A DNA stretch of 19,823 nt from Myxococcota bacterium (GCA_041288095.1 JBGGMJ010000072.1:1-19823), one strand, 5' to 3'. Shown: positions 1 through 8,461, counted from the first letter of the stretch. Made by a program: numbers and translations. Notes: generated by a model not told the origin, from the sequence alone.

Positions 1-252
1 CCGCCCGGCCACCGCGATAGTGGCGCGCGACACCGCGTTAATGCTGTCGAGGGTACCCTGCGCGTCTCCAGCGCCGAAGGTCGCGCGCACCGGGGCGTCG
101 AGCTCGGGCGACGCGACGGCGAGCTCGACCCACGCGACGCCGTTCGTCTCGAGCGATGGCCCGTTGCAGGGTCGATGGATCTCGAGCTGCAGGGAGGCCT
201 CGCCCCCGCAAGCAGCGAGGCCCGCGATGGTCAGGGCGATGAGCTGCTTCAC
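1..252 (-). CDS. Putative lipoprotein, N-terminal part (runs off the left edge; not in the supplied ORF track)
   Basis: Manual translation from GTG at 252: MKQLIALTIAGLAAC-GGEASLQLEIHRPC..., open to base 1. It has a basic N-terminus, a hydrophobic core and the lipobox LAAC. The start overlaps the stop of the upstream gene (GTGA at 249-252), suggesting translational coupling. Confidence 0.75.
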   Translation of the reverse strand, partial: MKQLIALTIAGLAACGGEASLQLEIHRPCNGPSLETNGVAWVELAVASPELDAPVRATFGAGDAQGTLDSINAVSRATIAVAGR

Positions 253-1541
253 CACGCCGCCTGGACCGAGAGGGTGTCGCTCGGGCGATCGCGGCTCATC
301 AGCAAATACGTGGTGCCGCCGGCGAGCGCGGCGCCCGCGGCGACAGCCGACCAGAACCACCACTTGGTGAAGATGCCGCCGCTCCGCACCTCGCTGGTGC
401 TGGTCGCGAGTGGCGTATCGTCGTAGGCCGGCGCGTAGCTATCGAGCACCGCGAGGTCCGCGGCCAGCGCCGCGTCGCGCTCGAGGTTCACCGCCGCGGA
501 GGCGCGGGTAACCGGCGGAGGCGTTTGCACCGGCGGCGGCGCAAAAGTCGTGAAGGCAGTGCTGTCGTTCAAGGGCCGGCGGTCGGGGACGGCCGCCACG
601 GGCTCAGGAGTCGCAATCACGACGGGTGCCGGCGCAACGACGGCGTCGACGAACGGGGCCACCCCACTCAGCTTGGTCGGTGCGAATTGATGTGTGAGCG
701 CCGCGAGCTCACGTGCGAGCTTTCCACCTTCGATGCTCGCCGACAGCATGGCGGCGTCGACCTTGAGGGTCGGCAGCGTCGTCCAGCGGCCGGTGCGGAC
801 ATCGCCGGCGAAGCCGCCCACGGTGAAGAAGCGATCACCGTTGGCGATACCGAGCAGCACCACGACATCGGCGGCGGGCGCGCGCGCGAGGCTCACCGCG
901 CGAGCGCGCATCCCCGCATCGCACGCATTGGCGGCGATGCCGGCGCGCACGTCGCTGGTAGGTGCCGGTGTCGCGGCAGGTCTCGAATCCTTCGCAGCGC
1001 GCGATCGAACCTCTCTGAAAGCGCTGATGAAAACCGGAGGGTACTTCTTGGCATCGAGGCGCGTGTCCGGCGCCGCTCGTGCCACGCGCTCGAGCGCCTT
1101 GCGACCCTTCGCTTCGTCGCCGCGCCGGTAGTGCGCCTCGGCGAGGAGCAGCGCGGCTTCGGCGGTGCGCGCGTCGTCGCCGGCAAACCCCGCGACCGCG
1201 ACTTCGAGCGCGCTGATGGCCTTGGGGAGCTGAAGCTTCTGCAATGCCTTGCGGCCCTCTGCGAGCTTCCGCGGCGCTCTGGGATCAGTTGCAACCGCGG
1301 GCGCCGCCGCGGACACCGCGTCAGGTGCGGCGACGTCTTGGACGACGATGGCGTCGAGACCTCCGGCCTTGAGCTCCTCGACCACGGCCTGCGTCATTGA
1401 AACGGCAGCGCTCTCGGGAACGCTGCCGCCAATGACCACGACGGGATGCAATGCAATGCGGCCCTTCCCCGCCAATGCTGGGGCCGAGACCGAGAGCGTC
1501 ACCACGCCAAGGACGAATCGTGGGTTGAACAGAGCGGGCAC
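249..1541 (-). CDS. Exported/membrane-anchored hypothetical protein with a TPR-like segment, Pro/Ala linker and C-terminal hydrophobic helix
   Basis: Sec-type signal (RFVLGVVTLSVSAPALA). TPR-like helices (AEAALLLAEAHYRRGDEAKGRKALERVARAAP...LDAKKYPP). C-terminal FTKWWFWSAVAAGAALAGG segment, as seen in myxobacterial TPR/PEGA-type proteins. RBS-like GGAG upstream of the GTG start. Confidence 0.7.
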   Translation of the reverse strand: MPALFNPRFVLGVVTLSVSAPALAGKGRIALHPVVVIGGSVPESAAVSMTQAVVEELKAGGLDAIVVQDVAAPDAVSAAAPAVATDPRAPRKLAEGRKALQKLQLPKAISALEVAVAGFAGDDARTAEAALLLAEAHYRRGDEAKGRKALERVARAAPDTRLDAKKYPPVFISAFREVRSRAAKDSRPAATPAPTSDVRAGIAANACDAGMRARAVSLARAPAADVVVLLGIANGDRFFTVGGFAGDVRTGRWTTLPTLKVDAAMLSASIEGGKLARELAALTHQFAPTKLSGVAPFVDAVVAPAPVVIATPEPVAAVPDRRPLNDSTAFTTFAPPPVQTPPPVTRASAAVNLERDAALAADLAVLDSYAPAYDDTPLATSTSEVRSGGIFTKWWFWSAVAAGAALAGGTTYLLMSRDRPSDTLSVQAAW

Positions 1542-1629
1542 ACGCTCCTCCGGACCGGGTTATCGGCGCCGCTCCCCGGGACGGTGTGTGAGCAGCTAAA
1601 TCTTTAGAAACAAAGGGTGAATCTGGGCT

Positions 1630-1728
1630 GGAAAAATGGGGACACTCACCATTTTCCCGACACCTACTCGGCTGTGCGCGGCGGAAAATGGTGAGTGTCC
1701 CCATTTTTCCGAGTGTCCCCATTTTTCC
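1630..1728. repeat. 28-bp perfect inverted repeat plus an 18-bp tandem partial copy (REP/MITE-like element)
   Basis: 1630-1657 GGAAAAATGGGGACACTCACCATTTTCC is the exact reverse complement of 1683-1710 GGAAAATGGTGAGTGTCCCCATTTTTCC, with a 25-nt spacer. GAGTGTCCCCATTTTTCC is repeated directly at 1711-1728. Confidence 0.85.
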
Positions 1729-1763
1729 CCAATGGCTCGGGCCGCGTGTTAGCGTCCGCAGCC

Positions 1764-3683
1764 GTGGCCATCGACCTGCGCCTCAAGATCCTCTGGGCGC
1801 CGCTCCTCACGGTGGCGCTGACCGCCGCGCTTGCCGGCGCTAGCTGGGTCGACCGCACGCGCCTCGCGCAGCAACTCGGCGCCGTGCTGCAGACGCGCAG
1901 CGACCTCGAGCAAGTGGTGGCGCGCGTCCACGACTACCACGAGCGCGCCGTGGCCCGTGCCCGCGAGGCCGTCCTCGACCCGCGACTCGCGAACCGCGTC
2001 CCCATCGTCGCGTACAGCGCCGAGCACTACGCCGAAGACATGGACCGCAGCCTCATCGAAGCGCGCGGCGCCCTGTTGCGCGCCAGCGTGCCCGGCGCCG
2101 ATCAACGCTGGCACGCCGACATGCAGCGCGCCGCCGACGAGCTCGACCGCGGCCGCGCGCGCCTCGCCGGTCTCGGGCAAAACTTCGCGGCTCTGCTCGA
2201 TACGCTCGACGGCGAAGACCTCGAGGTTACCAACACGGCCCTGCATGACGTCGAGCAGAGCGCCGCCGAGATTGCCACCGACCTCCGCCGCACCAGCGCC
2301 ATCGTGCGCCGCGCCCTCGATTGGCAAGCGAGGAGCGTGACCGGCACCGGCGCCTTGGTTCCACGCTGGGTCTGGATCGCCCTGCTGCCCTGGATCGCCA
2401 TCGGCACCTACCTGACGCTGCGCCCGGTCAGCCGCCTGCGCCGCCTCGCTTTGGGCGACACCGTCGCCCCGACGACCCGCGAAGAGCGTGCGCTCGCCGA
2501 GCGCGAAGGCGAGCTCTCGAAGCGCATCGCCGACAACGAAGCGCTGGCCAACCAACGCCTGCGCGACAGCGAGCGCGCCGCGCAGAACGCGCGCCGCGCG
2601 GAGCACGAGCTCGCGCTCTTGAAGCTCTACAACGACAACCTCGTGAACAGCCTGCGCTCGGCCGTCGTGGTCACCGATCCCGTCGGACGCGTCATCGGCA
2701 GCAACCGCGCCGCGCGCGAGCTCTTCGGTATCGCCGTCGACACCGATCTCGACATTGACGACCACCCACTCGGCAAGGCCCTCAAGGCGCGTAACCCCGC
2801 CTTTTTCGAGGAACGCGAGCGCGCCGCCGCCGCCAAGGCCGTGGCCCGCTACGACGGCGTGCCGGTCGCGCACGAGGCCGGCCGCGAACGTCTCATCGAC
2901 GTCACCATGACTCCGTACGTCGACGAGAGCGGCGCCACCCGCGGTTTCATCTGGGTTTGCGACGACGTCACCGACGCCGTCCGCTTGAAGGGCCAGCTCC
3001 TTGCATCCGAGCACCTCGCGGCTGTCGGCCGCTTGTCGGCGCAAGTCGCGCACGAGATCCGCAATCCGCTCTCGGCCATCGGTCTCAACGCCGAGTTGCT
3101 CCAAGACGAGCTCGATGCGAGCCTCGAAGGGGCGCACAAGAAGGAAGCGCAGACGTTGCTCGCCGCCATCGCCGGCGAGATCGAGCGCCTCACCGCGGTC
3201 ACCGAGAGCTACTTGCAGATGGCGCGCCTGCCGCGTCCCGCGCTGCGTGATGCCGATCTGAATCAGCTCGTCGGCGATCTCTTCAGCATGCTCAGCGAAG
3301 AAATGAAGCAGGCGAAGATCGAGGTCGTGCTCGAGCTCGCATCACCCGCGCCGCACGCCATGGTCGATCCAGGTCAGCTCCGTCAGGGGATGCTCAACAT
3401 CGTCCGCAACGGTCGCGAGGCAATGCCGGAAGGCGGCCGACTGAAGGTTCGCACCGCGCGCGACAACGGTAGCGCCATCATCGAGGTCACCGACGAAGGC
3501 GAAGGGATCCCGGATGAGCTCCGCGGCCGCGTCTTCGAGCCCTTCTTCTCGACCAAAGAGAGCGGCACCGGCCTCGGTTTGTCGCTCACCCAGCAGATCG
3601 TGGCCGAGCACGGCGGCAGCATCGCCATCGCCGCCAATGCCCCCAAAGGCACCCGTGTCATGCTTTCCCTGCCCACCGGCTAA
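1764..3683 (+). CDS. Membrane sensor histidine kinase (2 TM, extracytoplasmic helical domain, coiled coil, PAS, HisKA, HATPase_c); NtrB/AtoS-like
   Basis: H-box AHEIRNPL, N-box LNIVRNGREAM, G1 DEGEGI, F-box FEPFFSTK, G2 GTGLGL. PAS signatures VVVTDPVGRVIGSNRAARELFG and DDVTD. Start moved from 1695 (which lies inside the repeat) to the in-frame GTG at 1764 (MAIDLRLKILW); the exact start is uncertain. Confidence 0.93.
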   Translation: MAIDLRLKILWAPLLTVALTAALAGASWVDRTRLAQQLGAVLQTRSDLEQVVARVHDYHERAVARAREAVLDPRLANRVPIVAYSAEHYAEDMDRSLIEARGALLRASVPGADQRWHADMQRAADELDRGRARLAGLGQNFAALLDTLDGEDLEVTNTALHDVEQSAAEIATDLRRTSAIVRRALDWQARSVTGTGALVPRWVWIALLPWIAIGTYLTLRPVSRLRRLALGDTVAPTTREERALAEREGELSKRIADNEALANQRLRDSERAAQNARRAEHELALLKLYNDNLVNSLRSAVVVTDPVGRVIGSNRAARELFGIAVDTDLDIDDHPLGKALKARNPAFFEERERAAAAKAVARYDGVPVAHEAGRERLIDVTMTPYVDESGATRGFIWVCDDVTDAVRLKGQLLASEHLAAVGRLSAQVAHEIRNPLSAIGLNAELLQDELDASLEGAHKKEAQTLLAAIAGEIERLTAVTESYLQMARLPRPALRDADLNQLVGDLFSMLSEEMKQAKIEVVLELASPAPHAMVDPGQLRQGMLNIVRNGREAMPEGGRLKVRTARDNGSAIIEVTDEGEGIPDELRGRVFEPFFSTKESGTGLGLSLTQQIVAEHGGSIAIAANAPKGTRVMLSLPTG

Positions 3684-3810
3684 CGTCCGCAAGTGCCCGT
3701 GAAGGCTCGAAAACCCGACGGCGGCGACAAAAGCCCCCATTTTTAGAGGAGATAGCGCCTTCCCCGGCTATTGACTGACCCTGCGCACCCACTAACATCA
3801 GCCTCTCCCC

Positions 3811-5115
3811 ATGCTCGCGTACGAAAAAACGACGCTGGATAACGGTCTGCAGGTGGTGGCGATCCAACAGCCCTACCTGCATTCGAGCGACATCGCGTTC
3901 TTCGTGCGCGTGGGGTCGCGACACGAGCAAGTCGCGCAATGGGGTCTGTCGCATATGGTCGAGCACATGCTCTTCCGCGGCAGCGCGAGTCATCCGGACT
4001 CGTTGTCGCTCGCGCGCGCCTTCGAGAAGAGCGGCGGGCTGCTGAACGCTTCGACCTGGCGTGATCACACGCAGCTCACGGCGACGGTTCACCCCAGTCG
4101 CATGCGCGGTTTTCTGAACGTGCTCGCCGACATGGTCGCGCGCCCCGTGTTTCAAGAGCTCGACGTCGAGCGGCACATCATCGAAGAGGAGCTGCGCTCC
4201 GACCTCGACGCGAGCGGCGAGGACGTGAACATCAACAACGTCTCGCGCGCCAACATCTGGAGCGGCCATCCGATGGGCCGGCGCATCACCGGCTCGGTCG
4301 AGAGCTTGAACGGGTTCGCCGTAAGTGACGTGCAGGCGCATCACGCCCGCCACTACGTTGGGCCGAACGCGGTGCTATGCGTCGCGGGGCCGCTGAAGGC
4401 CGCGGACGTGGTGGCGATTGCCGCCGAGGCGTTCGCGAAGTTTCCCTCCGGGCGCGCGACGACCGACGGAGAGGCCGCGCTCTTCACCGATCGCGACCGG
4501 CTCATCACGCGCAGCGTCTCGAGCTCGCAGCTGTCGGTGCAGCTCACATTCGAGGCAATGCCCGACGTCCACGACGACTTCATGGCGATGCAGTTCCTGA
4601 CGCGCATCTTGGATGACGGGATGGGGTCACGCTTGCAGCAGGCGGTGTGCGAGCGGCGCGGGTTGGTCTACGAGATGACCACGGGGCTCGACTGCTACGC
4701 GGACTGCGGCCTCTACGACATCGAGCTGAAGGTCGCGCCCCGACGCGCGGCTTCGGCGGTCGCGGCAACACTCGATGTCCTGGAGAAGCTCGTTACCGAC
4801 GGTGTGAGCGACAACGAGATCGACGATGTTCGTGAGCGCAGCTTGCATGAGCTCGAGTACCGCATCGACTCGACGACCGAGCTCGCCAACTACTTTGGTG
4901 CCGCGACCTTGTTTGGCTCCGCGCGCACCGATGCGCTGGACCTCGAGATGCTCGAAAACGAAGCCCGCCGGATGCGCGAAGTCAGCGCCGAGAGCGTCTC
5001 GCGGGTGGCCCGGGAGCTCTTTGCCAAGAAGCGTCTGGTGACCACGATCATCGGCCCGATCGAACGGGCAAACATGAAGAAAATCGGGCACTTAGTGGGC
5101 GGCTTCGGAACTTAG
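3811..5115 (+). CDS. M16 (pitrilysin/insulinase-family, M16B-type) zinc peptidase
   Basis: N-terminal TLDNGLQV, GSRHE, inverted zinc motif HMVEH, NASTWRDHT, downstream Glu in ERHIIEEE, HPMGRRITG, and C-terminal-half SRL...ERRGLVY motif. No signal peptide. Confidence 0.93.
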   Translation: MLAYEKTTLDNGLQVVAIQQPYLHSSDIAFFVRVGSRHEQVAQWGLSHMVEHMLFRGSASHPDSLSLARAFEKSGGLLNASTWRDHTQLTATVHPSRMRGFLNVLADMVARPVFQELDVERHIIEEELRSDLDASGEDVNINNVSRANIWSGHPMGRRITGSVESLNGFAVSDVQAHHARHYVGPNAVLCVAGPLKAADVVAIAAEAFAKFPSGRATTDGEAALFTDRDRLITRSVSSSQLSVQLTFEAMPDVHDDFMAMQFLTRILDDGMGSRLQQAVCERRGLVYEMTTGLDCYADCGLYDIELKVAPRRAASAVAATLDVLEKLVTDGVSDNEIDDVRERSLHELEYRIDSTTELANYFGAATLFGSARTDALDLEMLENEARRMREVSAESVSRVARELFAKKRLVTTIIGPIERANMKKIGHLVGGFGT

Positions 5116-5117
5116 TA

Positions 5118-5353
5118 CGCGGCCCGACTTTGGTCGTTGCCAGGCCGTGATCCGAGAGCTATGCAGGTAAGACTGCACCCAAGGCTGGGGGGGCTCCCCA
5201 GGCCTCGTGTGCCGAGTGGTGGTGTGATGACTGGCCGTTCTTCGCAGTAGCCAACCGTGAGGGTTGCCGGTCGTCACGCCACCAGTCGCCACATGATCCG
5301 CAGATGCTGCCGACCGCTATAGCGACTGCGTCGGACACCGAAGCGTCCGACGC
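5118..5353. ncRNA. Candidate structured non-coding element of unknown family (about six stem-loops including a 29-pair stem)
   Basis: Hairpins at 5118-5149, 5162-5177, 5182-5205, 5205-5296 (long stem), 5295-5315 and 5328-5353 (C-UUCG-G loop on the minus strand). No credible coding frame. No match by eye to tRNA, tmRNA, SRP or RNase P hallmarks. Confidence 0.55.
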
Positions 5354-5357
5354 GGAA

Positions 5358-5363
5358 AGCATA
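5358..5363 (-). promoter_or_regulatory. Possible sigma70 -10 hexamer (TATGCT) for a minus-strand transcript starting near 5351
   Basis: AGCATA on + equals TATGCT on -, six nt ahead of the G at 5351 in the UUCG hairpin. No convincing -35 was found. Confidence 0.3.
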
Positions 5364-5467
5364 GCGCCTCTTGACCGTGCGCGAAACAAAAATGCGCAGG
5401 CGTATGTGTATGTAGGGTGGTGTCGCGATCGTTTTTGGCTTCCGCTTTAGCGGACACGACGGAACAT

Positions 5468-5492
5468 CCGGGGAGGGACCACCCTCTCTCGG
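5468..5492 (-). terminator. Hairpin immediately after the DUF1552 stop; possible terminator or 3' stabiliser
   Basis: CCGGGGAGGG-ACCA-CCCTCTCTCGG imperfect stem, 3 nt from the stop codon. It lacks a clear U-tract. Confidence 0.3.
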
Positions 5493-5495
5493 CGT

Positions 5496-6818
5496 CTAGC
5501 TCGTAAGCGCCGACAACAGACCCGTCGAATCCGCGAAGCGATTACCGCCACCGACCATGTTCGTCATCGTCGCGAACAGGTTGGCAATAGGCGTCCTATC
5601 CGGCGCCACGATGTGCCGTCCGCCAGTCACCTGCCCATTCGCGTGCCCCGCCACGATCACCGGCAACCGATCATGATTGTGCGCGTTGCCGTCGCCAATC
5701 TCGCTCGAATAGAACGCGAGCACGTGGTCGATGAGCTTGCCGTTCCCATCATCCGTCTCGGCCATGCGTTGCACCAGATACGCGAACTGCTGCACATCCC
5801 ACGTGTTCACCTTGGCGTACTGGTCGAGCTTGTAGGTGTTGCCCTCGTGATGTGACAGGTCGTGGTGTCCCTCCGCCACCCCGGGCGCGAACCCCGAACG
5901 GCCGCTGCCGCCGTTGCCGCGCATGTAGGTGATGACCCGGGTCACATCGCACTGCATGGCGAGCACCATGACGTCGATCATGTTGCGAACCCGAACGAGC
6001 GTGTCGCCGCCCGCGACCGGCGCCGTCCCCTGGCAAACCGCCCCGCCCTCGAGGTCGCTGCGCTGACTCGTCAACCTCGTATCGAGCTCGTCGACGCTCG
6101 TCATGTACTGATCGAGCTTCTGTTTGTCGCGAACCCCGAGGCGCGTCTCGAGCCGCTTCGCGTCCGCACGCACGAGGTCGACCACACGCTGGCGCCGTCC
6201 CAACGCATGCGCCGCTGCCAGTGCGCTCTCGTCGGGCTCCAGGACGAACTGATTGAACGCCGCGAGAGGGTCCGTGATCTTCGACAGCGGCGTCGTGGCA
6301 TCGGCCCACGAGACGTTGTTGCTGTAGGCGCAGCCGTAACCCGAGTCGCAATTGCCGGAGTTACCACCCGACTCGAGGCCGAGCTGCAGCGAACGAATCT
6401 GCGTCTGCCCGGCGTATCGCGCGGCGATGATCTGATCGACCGAAACCCCGTTACGAATATCGGTATCGCTCTTGTTGGGATGGGCGCAGGTCAAAAACGC
6501 CGCGGTGCCACGCGCATGGTCGCCGGCGCCGTCCGCCTGTGCCGTCGCGCCGTAGTTCCACAGGTTGGAGATCACGTTGATGTGACTCCGCACGGCGGCG
6601 AGCGGCTGCAGCGTCAAGGAGAGGTTCAGCGACCCAAGGGGGCCCACCGACCAGGTGTCGACTCGCTTCCCGCAGGGCACGTAGTAGTACAAGAAGCGCA
6701 GCGGCGGCGTCGCCTGCGCCTTCGCGGCCGTGGGGATCATCGCGTCGAGCAGTGGCAGCGCCAGCACCGTGCCGGTACCGCGCAAGAAGGTGCGTCGCGA
6801 AAGTTGCCATCGCCGCAT
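5496..6818 (-). CDS. DUF1552 family protein, Tat-exported
   Basis: Start placed at ATG 6818 with RBS AGGGAG. Twin-arginine signal MRRWQLSRRTFLRGTGTVLALPLLDAM. Family-typical motifs SVDQIIA, SLQLG, CDSGYGCAYSNNVSW, DKQKLDQY, CDVTRVIT, HHDLSHH, GDGNAHNH, ANLF. Confidence 0.9.
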   Translation of the reverse strand: MRRWQLSRRTFLRGTGTVLALPLLDAMIPTAAKAQATPPLRFLYYYVPCGKRVDTWSVGPLGSLNLSLTLQPLAAVRSHINVISNLWNYGATAQADGAGDHARGTAAFLTCAHPNKSDTDIRNGVSVDQIIAARYAGQTQIRSLQLGLESGGNSGNCDSGYGCAYSNNVSWADATTPLSKITDPLAAFNQFVLEPDESALAAAHALGRRQRVVDLVRADAKRLETRLGVRDKQKLDQYMTSVDELDTRLTSQRSDLEGGAVCQGTAPVAGGDTLVRVRNMIDVMVLAMQCDVTRVITYMRGNGGSGRSGFAPGVAEGHHDLSHHEGNTYKLDQYAKVNTWDVQQFAYLVQRMAETDDGNGKLIDHVLAFYSSEIGDGNAHNHDRLPVIVAGHANGQVTGGRHIVAPDRTPIANLFATMTNMVGGGNRFADSTGLLSALTS

Positions 6819-6829
6819 GCGGAAGCTCC

Positions 6830-8461
6830 CTACTGATTGGTTTGGCGTGAGGTGAACGGACGGCTCGTCGCCATCGCCACGACCAGATCGGTGACGCCGT
6901 ATGCGCTGGCCGAGGTCTGCTCCGCGATGGCGTTCAACGAGCAACGATCGGTACGCTTCATGGCGCGCCCGAGCGCGAAGGTCGCGATCTTCTCGACAGC
7001 GCAAGCCACGGTTTCGGGCTTGCGCGCCAGGGCCTCGGCGAGTGGTACCGGGCCAGCGTAGCGCTCACCTTCGGGCAGCTCGGCCACGACATCGACGACA
7101 TTGCCCTTCTCGTCCTTGCTGCGGGGCTTTCCCAGATTGTCGAAGCCTTCGAAGGCGAGCCCGATGGGGTCCATCACCATGTGGCAGCTCGCGCAGGTCG
7201 GGTCGATCCGGTGTTGCGCGAGTTGCGCACGTTTCGGCGCATTCGGGTCCACCTCGCCGGCCTTCTCATCGATGTCGGCCGGAGGCGCGGCCGGGGGCGC
7301 GCACAGCACTTCGTCGAGCACGAACTTGCCCCGCTTCACCGGGGAGGTCTTGTCGGGGTGCGACGTGCCCGTCAGGTAGCTCGCGTGGCCGAGCACTCCG
7401 GGAACGCGCCCTGGTGGAAGCGCGACTCGCTGGAATTGGTCCCCACTAACGTCAGCGAGCCCGTAGTGCTCGGCCAAGCGGCCGTTGACGAAGGTGTACG
7501 CGGCGCTGAAGAGCTCGGCGACGGGCACGTTGTGCTCGAGCGCGTACTTGAAGAGCGCTTTGGTCTCGCCAGCCATGGCGGCGCGCAGCTCTTCGTCGAA
7601 TTCGGCCGCTGTCGGCTCGGCGTCAGCCAGGAGCCCCAACCCCAGCCACTGAGCCGCGAAGTGATCGACGAGGCTTTGGGCCCGCGGGTCAGCGAGCAGG
7701 CGCTGCGCCTCGGCGGCGAGCACCGTCGGCGTCTTGAGCGAGCCGTTCTCGGCGGCGGCGAGCAACGCGTCGTCGGGCGTGCTGCTCCAGATGAAATACG
7801 ACAGCCGCGTCGCAAGCTCGAACGGGCCAATCGCCTCGACCGCTTCGGCTGCGCCGGATTGCGCCTCGACGCGGAAAATGAAGCTCGGCGAGGAGAGCGC
7901 CGTGGCGACACCAACTTGCACCGCCATGTCGAAGTCGTCACCGTCGGCGCGCGTGTCCGTCAAAGCGGAGTCGAGGCTCGTCTTCTCGATGTCGGTGAGC
8001 GGCCGGCGGAAGGCGCGCTTCGCGAAGCCATGCACGATGGTGCGGAAGCAGGTGATGTCGTCCTGGTTCTGGGGAGTGCAGGTGAGCAGACGCGCCGCCG
8101 TGCCGGCCGGGCGCGCACGATCTCGCGCCATGGCGCGCAGCGCGGCGTCGAAGCCGTTGTCGACGTAGGCGGTCAGGTGGTTGATCGAAGTGCTCAAGAC
8201 GTCGCCGATGGCGTCGAAGCCGAGCGCGCGGTCATCGGCTGGGAGCGTGGCGATGCGGTCGACGTCGTCGCCCAGCAAGTCACGCAAGGTGTTGCGGTAC
8301 TCGATGCGCGAAAGACGGCGCATGGTGACGCGGCCGGGGTCGGCCGGGCCGTTGCACAGGGCAGCGTCGTTGGAGGAAGGCGAAATGTCGCCAGCGGGGT
8401 CACCAATGGTGCCCGAACAGGCGAACGCGAAAGCACACACCACTGCCAGCGTGAGGCGCAT
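6830..8461 (-). CDS. DUF1592-family multidomain protein (DUF1587-DUF1595-DUF1592-DUF1588-DUF1585), predicted lipoprotein with one CxxCH motif
   Basis: Start ATG 8461 with RBS GAGGT; lipobox AFAFAC. Motifs RRLSRIEYRNTLRDLLG, FAKRAFRRPL, ELATRLSYFIWSSTPDDALL, FAAQWLGL, TSPVKRGKFVL, CASCH..MDPIGLAFEGFD, FALGR. Confidence 0.9.
   Translation of the reverse strand: MRLTLAVVCAFAFACSGTIGDPAGDISPSSNDAALCNGPADPGRVTMRRLSRIEYRNTLRDLLGDDVDRIATLPADDRALGFDAIGDVLSTSINHLTAYVDNGFDAALRAMARDRARPAGTAARLLTCTPQNQDDITCFRTIVHGFAKRAFRRPLTDIEKTSLDSALTDTRADGDDFDMAVQVGVATALSSPSFIFRVEAQSGAAEAVEAIGPFELATRLSYFIWSSTPDDALLAAAENGSLKTPTVLAAEAQRLLADPRAQSLVDHFAAQWLGLGLLADAEPTAAEFDEELRAAMAGETKALFKYALEHNVPVAELFSAAYTFVNGRLAEHYGLADVSGDQFQRVALPPGRVPGVLGHASYLTGTSHPDKTSPVKRGKFVLDEVLCAPPAAPPADIDEKAGEVDPNAPKRAQLAQHRIDPTCASCHMVMDPIGLAFEGFDNLGKPRSKDEKGNVVDVVAELPEGERYAGPVPLAEALARKPETVACAVEKIATFALGRAMKRTDRCSLNAIAEQTSASAYGVTDLVVAMATSRPFTSRQTNQ

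Noticed and set aside
1593-1614. CAGCTAA-N6/7-GARACAAA shared with 12191-12211, loosely IHF-site-like
   Set aside because: Two copies only, unequal spacing and a poor match to the IHF consensus; cannot be distinguished from chance by eye.
1630-1728. CRISPR array
   Set aside because: Only three copies, one inverted and one truncated, with no regular spacers and no cas genes.
5118-5353. Identification of the structured element as SRP RNA, tmRNA, RNase P RNA, 6S RNA, a riboswitch or Pxr sRNA
   Set aside because: No SRP helix-8 motif, tRNA-like ends or RNase P GGAAAGUC core. The GGTAAGA hairpin and the 7-C run on the minus strand are only superficial similarities. A covariance-model search is needed to exclude 6S and Pxr properly.
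5092-5389. Small ORFs 5092-5292 and 5159-5389 across the structured region
   Set aside because: No RBS, non-ATG starts, atypical composition and no hydrophobic toxin-like helix. The base-pairing pattern explains the sequence better.
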